From: Syntrophobacterales bacterium
Lineage (GTDB): Bacteria > Desulfobacterota > Syntrophobacteria > BM002
Assembly (NCBI GenBank): GCA_030601545.1
Contig: JAUVTM010000001.1
Coordinates: forward strand, 1 to 26,923
Reading direction: 5' to 3'
Length of the DNA: 26,923 bases
The notes under the pieces are model-generated. The model was not told the DNA's origin, searched no databases, and was given only the letters and a program-made list of their open reading frames with translations. Shown in pieces: positions 24,363 to 26,923 of the stretch. A program made the translations under genes and the position numbers. Within the stretch, counting starts at the first letter, position 1. Each line of letters begins with the position of its first letter.

Positions 24363-25481
24363 TCAGTCCTTGATTATTTGCTCCAAGGGCTGGTAAGGAT
24401 AATTGAGGTCCCGTGCTACGGTCTCATGGGTAACATGGCCGCGATAAATGTTAATCCCTTTTGCAAGGGCAGGGTCAGCTGCCACAGCTGTCTCAAAGCC
24501 CTGATTGGCTATCTTGAGAGCATAGCTGATGGTAACGTTGGTCAGGGCAAAGGTGGCGGTTCTTGGTACAGCCCCGGGCATATTGGCCACACAGTAGTGA
24601 ATGACGTTATCCACTGTGAACACGGGCTGATCATGAGTGGTTGGTCGGCACGTTTCAAAGCACCCTCCCTGGTCCACAGCAACGTCCACAATCACTGTGC
24701 CAGGCTTCATTTGGGCAATCATCTCAGCGCTGACCAGGCTTGGGGCCCTACCGCCCGGGACCAGAACTGCGCCGATAACCAGATGCGATTCTCGCACAGA
24801 GCGCTCGATGGTGTCGGGGTTGGAGATGAGTGTGGTGATAGCCGAGCCGAATATGTCATCAAGGGCCATGAGACGAGCCTGGTCGATATCAATAATGGTG
24901 ACCATGGCCCCCATTCCCACTGCGATCTTGGCTGCATTGATCCCGACCACACCACCTCCCAGAATAGTCACCTGGCCTCGGTAGACACCGGGGACGCCTC
25001 CCAGGAGCACGCCGCGGCCGCCCTGAGTTTTTTCCAGATAATGGGCACCCACTTGGACCGCCATCCTGCCGGCGATTTCGCTCATTGGTGTGAGCAGCGG
25101 TAAGGAACCGTCAGCCAACTGTATGGTCTCATAGGCAATGCCAATGATGGCCTTTTCCAGGAGGACGGCTGCCAGTTCAGGCGCAGGAGCCAGATGTAAA
25201 TAGGTATAGACTATCAGGCCTGGTCTCAGGAGGTCATACTCCGGAGGCAAAGGCTCCTTTACTTTCATCACCAACTCTGCCTCTCCATAGACCTCAGCAG
25301 CTGAGGATACCAGGTGGGCACCGGCAGCCTTAAACTCCTGATCACTGATACCCGCGCCTTCACCTGCGCTTTTTTCAATCAGCACCCGGTGGCCCGAGGC
25401 TGCTAAGAGCCGCACGCCAGCCGGAACGATTCCCACACGGTATTCCTCGGTCTTTATCTCTTTAGGAACTCCGATGATCAT
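24363..25481 (-). CDS. ald: Alanine dehydrogenase
   Basis: MIIGVPKEIK.EEYRVG, KVKEP, YTYLHLA, AYETI, LTPMSEIAGR, GGGVVG, VDQGGCFET, YCVANMPGAVP; GGAGG RBS. Confidence 0.97.
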   Translation of the reverse strand: MIIGVPKEIKTEEYRVGIVPAGVRLLAASGHRVLIEKSAGEGAGISDQEFKAAGAHLVSSAAEVYGEAELVMKVKEPLPPEYDLLRPGLIVYTYLHLAPAPELAAVLLEKAIIGIAYETIQLADGSLPLLTPMSEIAGRMAVQVGAHYLEKTQGGRGVLLGGVPGVYRGQVTILGGGVVGINAAKIAVGMGAMVTIIDIDQARLMALDDIFGSAITTLISNPDTIERSVRESHLVIGAVLVPGGRAPSLVSAEMIAQMKPGTVIVDVAVDQGGCFETCRPTTHDQPVFTVDNVIHYCVANMPGAVPRTATFALTNVTISYALKIANQGFETAVAADPALAKGINIYRGHVTHETVARDLNYPYQPLEQIIKD

Positions 25482-25630
25482 TGGTGGCCTCCATAGAGTG
25501 GGTTAACCCTGATGTTGCATACCAATGTCGCCGCGATCCGGTACGCTTCGAGTCATCAGGTCGTTGCAATAAGGGATCACCAATGAAAACGAAGCTATGA
25601 TCCGGTGATCAAATGGACCAAGCGACATAG

Positions 25631-25662
25631 TGACTTGATGACTTAATGACCTAATGACTAAC
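25631..25662. repeat. Octamer tandem repeat over the DUF2156 stop
   Basis: tgacttga tgacttaa tgacctaa tgactaac. Confidence 0.7.
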
Positions 25663-26566
25663 GATCCGTTGCTCTGAGAATGACTTTATTAGACAAATGA
25701 TCCGGGTAATAGGACAGCTTGGATTGGCGCAGACCGGATTCACCCAGATCCTGTTCACGATTTGTGTAGGTGAAGTCGCTCCAAGCGTTTTGGCAGAATT
25801 CTTGATTGATCACTGCGTAGCTACCGGGAAATTCAGGATCGGCCTTCTCGAGGTGAATCAAAGCCGTGTCCTGATTGAGAGGCTCTCCCAAACTGAAGGC
25901 CACCACCTTCTCGTCCACCACAATAGCAGCTCCCTGGCAATCCAGTTGGTGGTAGTGAAGTAAGGCCTCGCGGATGGCCTGTTCTTCATTGAGAAGTGCC
26001 GGATTTTCCGCACAACTTCTGAGACGACACCATTGCTCTTCCAGCTCCAGGCAGGCCTCTGTCCAATCATCACTGAGAGCTTGATAGCGGTAAGAATATC
26101 TCTTTCGGAATTGCTTGAGATGATTTCGTTTGCGGTGGTACTTCCGACCGCTCAGATTGATGAGGGATTCGGTACGGTAAACATAATCGCTATTGGCTCG
26201 ATCCTCAAGAACTTCAAGGGAGAGAGCGGCAGCGTAGCGCTGGGCCAGGGCCTCAGGCGCCCGGTGGATTTCTGGCGTATCCGTATGGTTTTCCAGAAAA
26301 CTCAATAATTGCCCAAAAGCCGGGGATAGATCATGCGGCCCAACTGGTGGCAAAGCGAAGGGGAGGCCTTCTCCATTTTGTCCGATGATCAATAGCGTGT
26401 CTTTGGCAAGGCACCACTGAAAATTGTAATGGGACCGCCACATGAATAGATTGGTGAAGGTTAGTTCGGAAGTGACCGGTGGACTCTGGTGAAAGAAAGC
26501 AGTAATCTGGTCCCGGTCTTCTAAGCTCAACGGCTTAAAGTCAGGGTAATGTGGCGTGGCCTGCAT
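25658..26566 (-). CDS. DUF2156-family protein (GNAT fold related to the aminoacyl-phosphatidylglycerol synthase C-terminal domain)
   Basis: SELTFTNLFMW, DYVY....LINLSGRKYHRKRNHL..F, IHLEKAD....GSY..INQEF, NREQDLG..GLRQSKLSY.P motifs recognised by eye. Confidence 0.8.
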   Translation of the reverse strand: MQATPHYPDFKPLSLEDRDQITAFFHQSPPVTSELTFTNLFMWRSHYNFQWCLAKDTLLIIGQNGEGLPFALPPVGPHDLSPAFGQLLSFLENHTDTPEIHRAPEALAQRYAAALSLEVLEDRANSDYVYRTESLINLSGRKYHRKRNHLKQFRKRYSYRYQALSDDWTEACLELEEQWCRLRSCAENPALLNEEQAIREALLHYHQLDCQGAAIVVDEKVVAFSLGEPLNQDTALIHLEKADPEFPGSYAVINQEFCQNAWSDFTYTNREQDLGESGLRQSKLSYYPDHLSNKVILRATDR

Positions 26567-26610
26567 GCAGTTCCAGATCGTGTCATCTGTTGAGACATTA
26601 ATTCCTTGTG

Positions 26611-26640
26611 ACTATGTCATATCAGATGTGGGAGAGTCAA
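26611..26640 (-). promoter_or_regulatory. Candidate sigma70 promoter for the DUF2156-ald unit
   Basis: TTGACT (26640-26635), 18 nt, TGa-CATAGT (extended -10, 26616-26611), overlapped by a TGAC-N3-GTCA palindrome. Confidence 0.4.
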
Positions 26641-26742
26641 CGAAATAACATTTTGCTTGACAAGAACACCACTACATGATTTATAGAAAGGTTTAAATAA
26701 TTCCTATGAAATAATTCAATCAATAAACAGGGGGATAAACCC

Positions 26743-26871
26743 ATGCTGAAAAGCCCTTGCTTAGCTTGTGAGATGGTCGGCCAGGATAAGAACAAGTGCT
26801 TGCAAAACTGTGATAAGCTCAAAGAGTACCAAGAGTTCATCCTCAAACAGGGGATCTACGCCAAGGTATAG
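26743..26871 (+). CDS. Predicted 42-aa cysteine-rich small protein
   Basis: MLKSPCLACEMVGQDKNKCLQNCDKLKEYQEFILKQGIYAKV; AGGGGG 8 nt upstream of the ATG; CxxC and CxxxC; followed by a terminator. Confidence 0.55.
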   Translation: MLKSPCLACEMVGQDKNKCLQNCDKLKEYQEFILKQGIYAKV

Positions 26872-26890
26872 AGAGACTCTTGCAATCGAG

Positions 26891-26922
26891 AAAAAAAGGC
26901 GGCCTCAGGGCCGCCTTTTTTT
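26891..26922. terminator. Bidirectional rho-independent terminator
   Basis: AAAAAAAGGCGGCC-tcag-GGCCGCCTTTTTTT, a perfect 14-bp inverted repeat with A7/T7 tails. Confidence 0.9.
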
Positions 26923-26923
26923 G

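Noticed and set aside
23955-25103. 382-aa plus-strand ORF and other long antisense or overlapping ORFs (e.g. 2214-2816, 5959-6558, 13253-13858, 16781-17299)
   Set aside because: They lie opposite well-supported genes, show no recognisable motifs, and are expected shadow frames of GC-rich coding sequence.
25575-25610. Riboswitch or ncRNA in the ald leader
   Set aside because: Only a 7-bp GATCACC/GGTGATC stem is visible and I recognise no riboswitch consensus. An Rfam/Infernal scan would be needed to exclude it fully.

Overview
GC-moderate bacterial chromosomal window, almost all on the minus strand. Gene content and the ftsZ-radical SAM linkage suggest Desulfobacterota/deltaproteobacteria (inference). 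In transcription order (right to left): DUF2156-like protein, ald, RimK-like ATP-grasp enzyme, sirtuin cobB, mltG; then a division/cell-wall (dcw) cluster mraZ-rsmH-ftsL-ftsI-murE-murF-murD-ftsW-murC-murB-ftsQ-ftsA-ftsZ; then a radical SAM gene and a YprB-like exonuclease. The left 2 kb is an integron-type cassette array (HigBA, VapBC and a partial NYN cassette) with two full attC sites and one half attC, and no integrase or attI at its head. Main oddities: (1) this integrase-less array starts at a half attC fused to a self-nested 24-nt hairpin repeat; (2) an unannotated 39-aa single-TM ORF with a strong RBS sits between ftsA and ftsZ; (3) the dcw cluster lacks both mraY and murG; (4) FtsZ carries two identical LEIPTFLRR tail motifs; (5) many gene junctions carry different 7-9-nt degenerate tandem repeats, often overlapping the stop codon, plus several REP-like palindromes. 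All protein names come from motif recognition by eye; no database searches were run.
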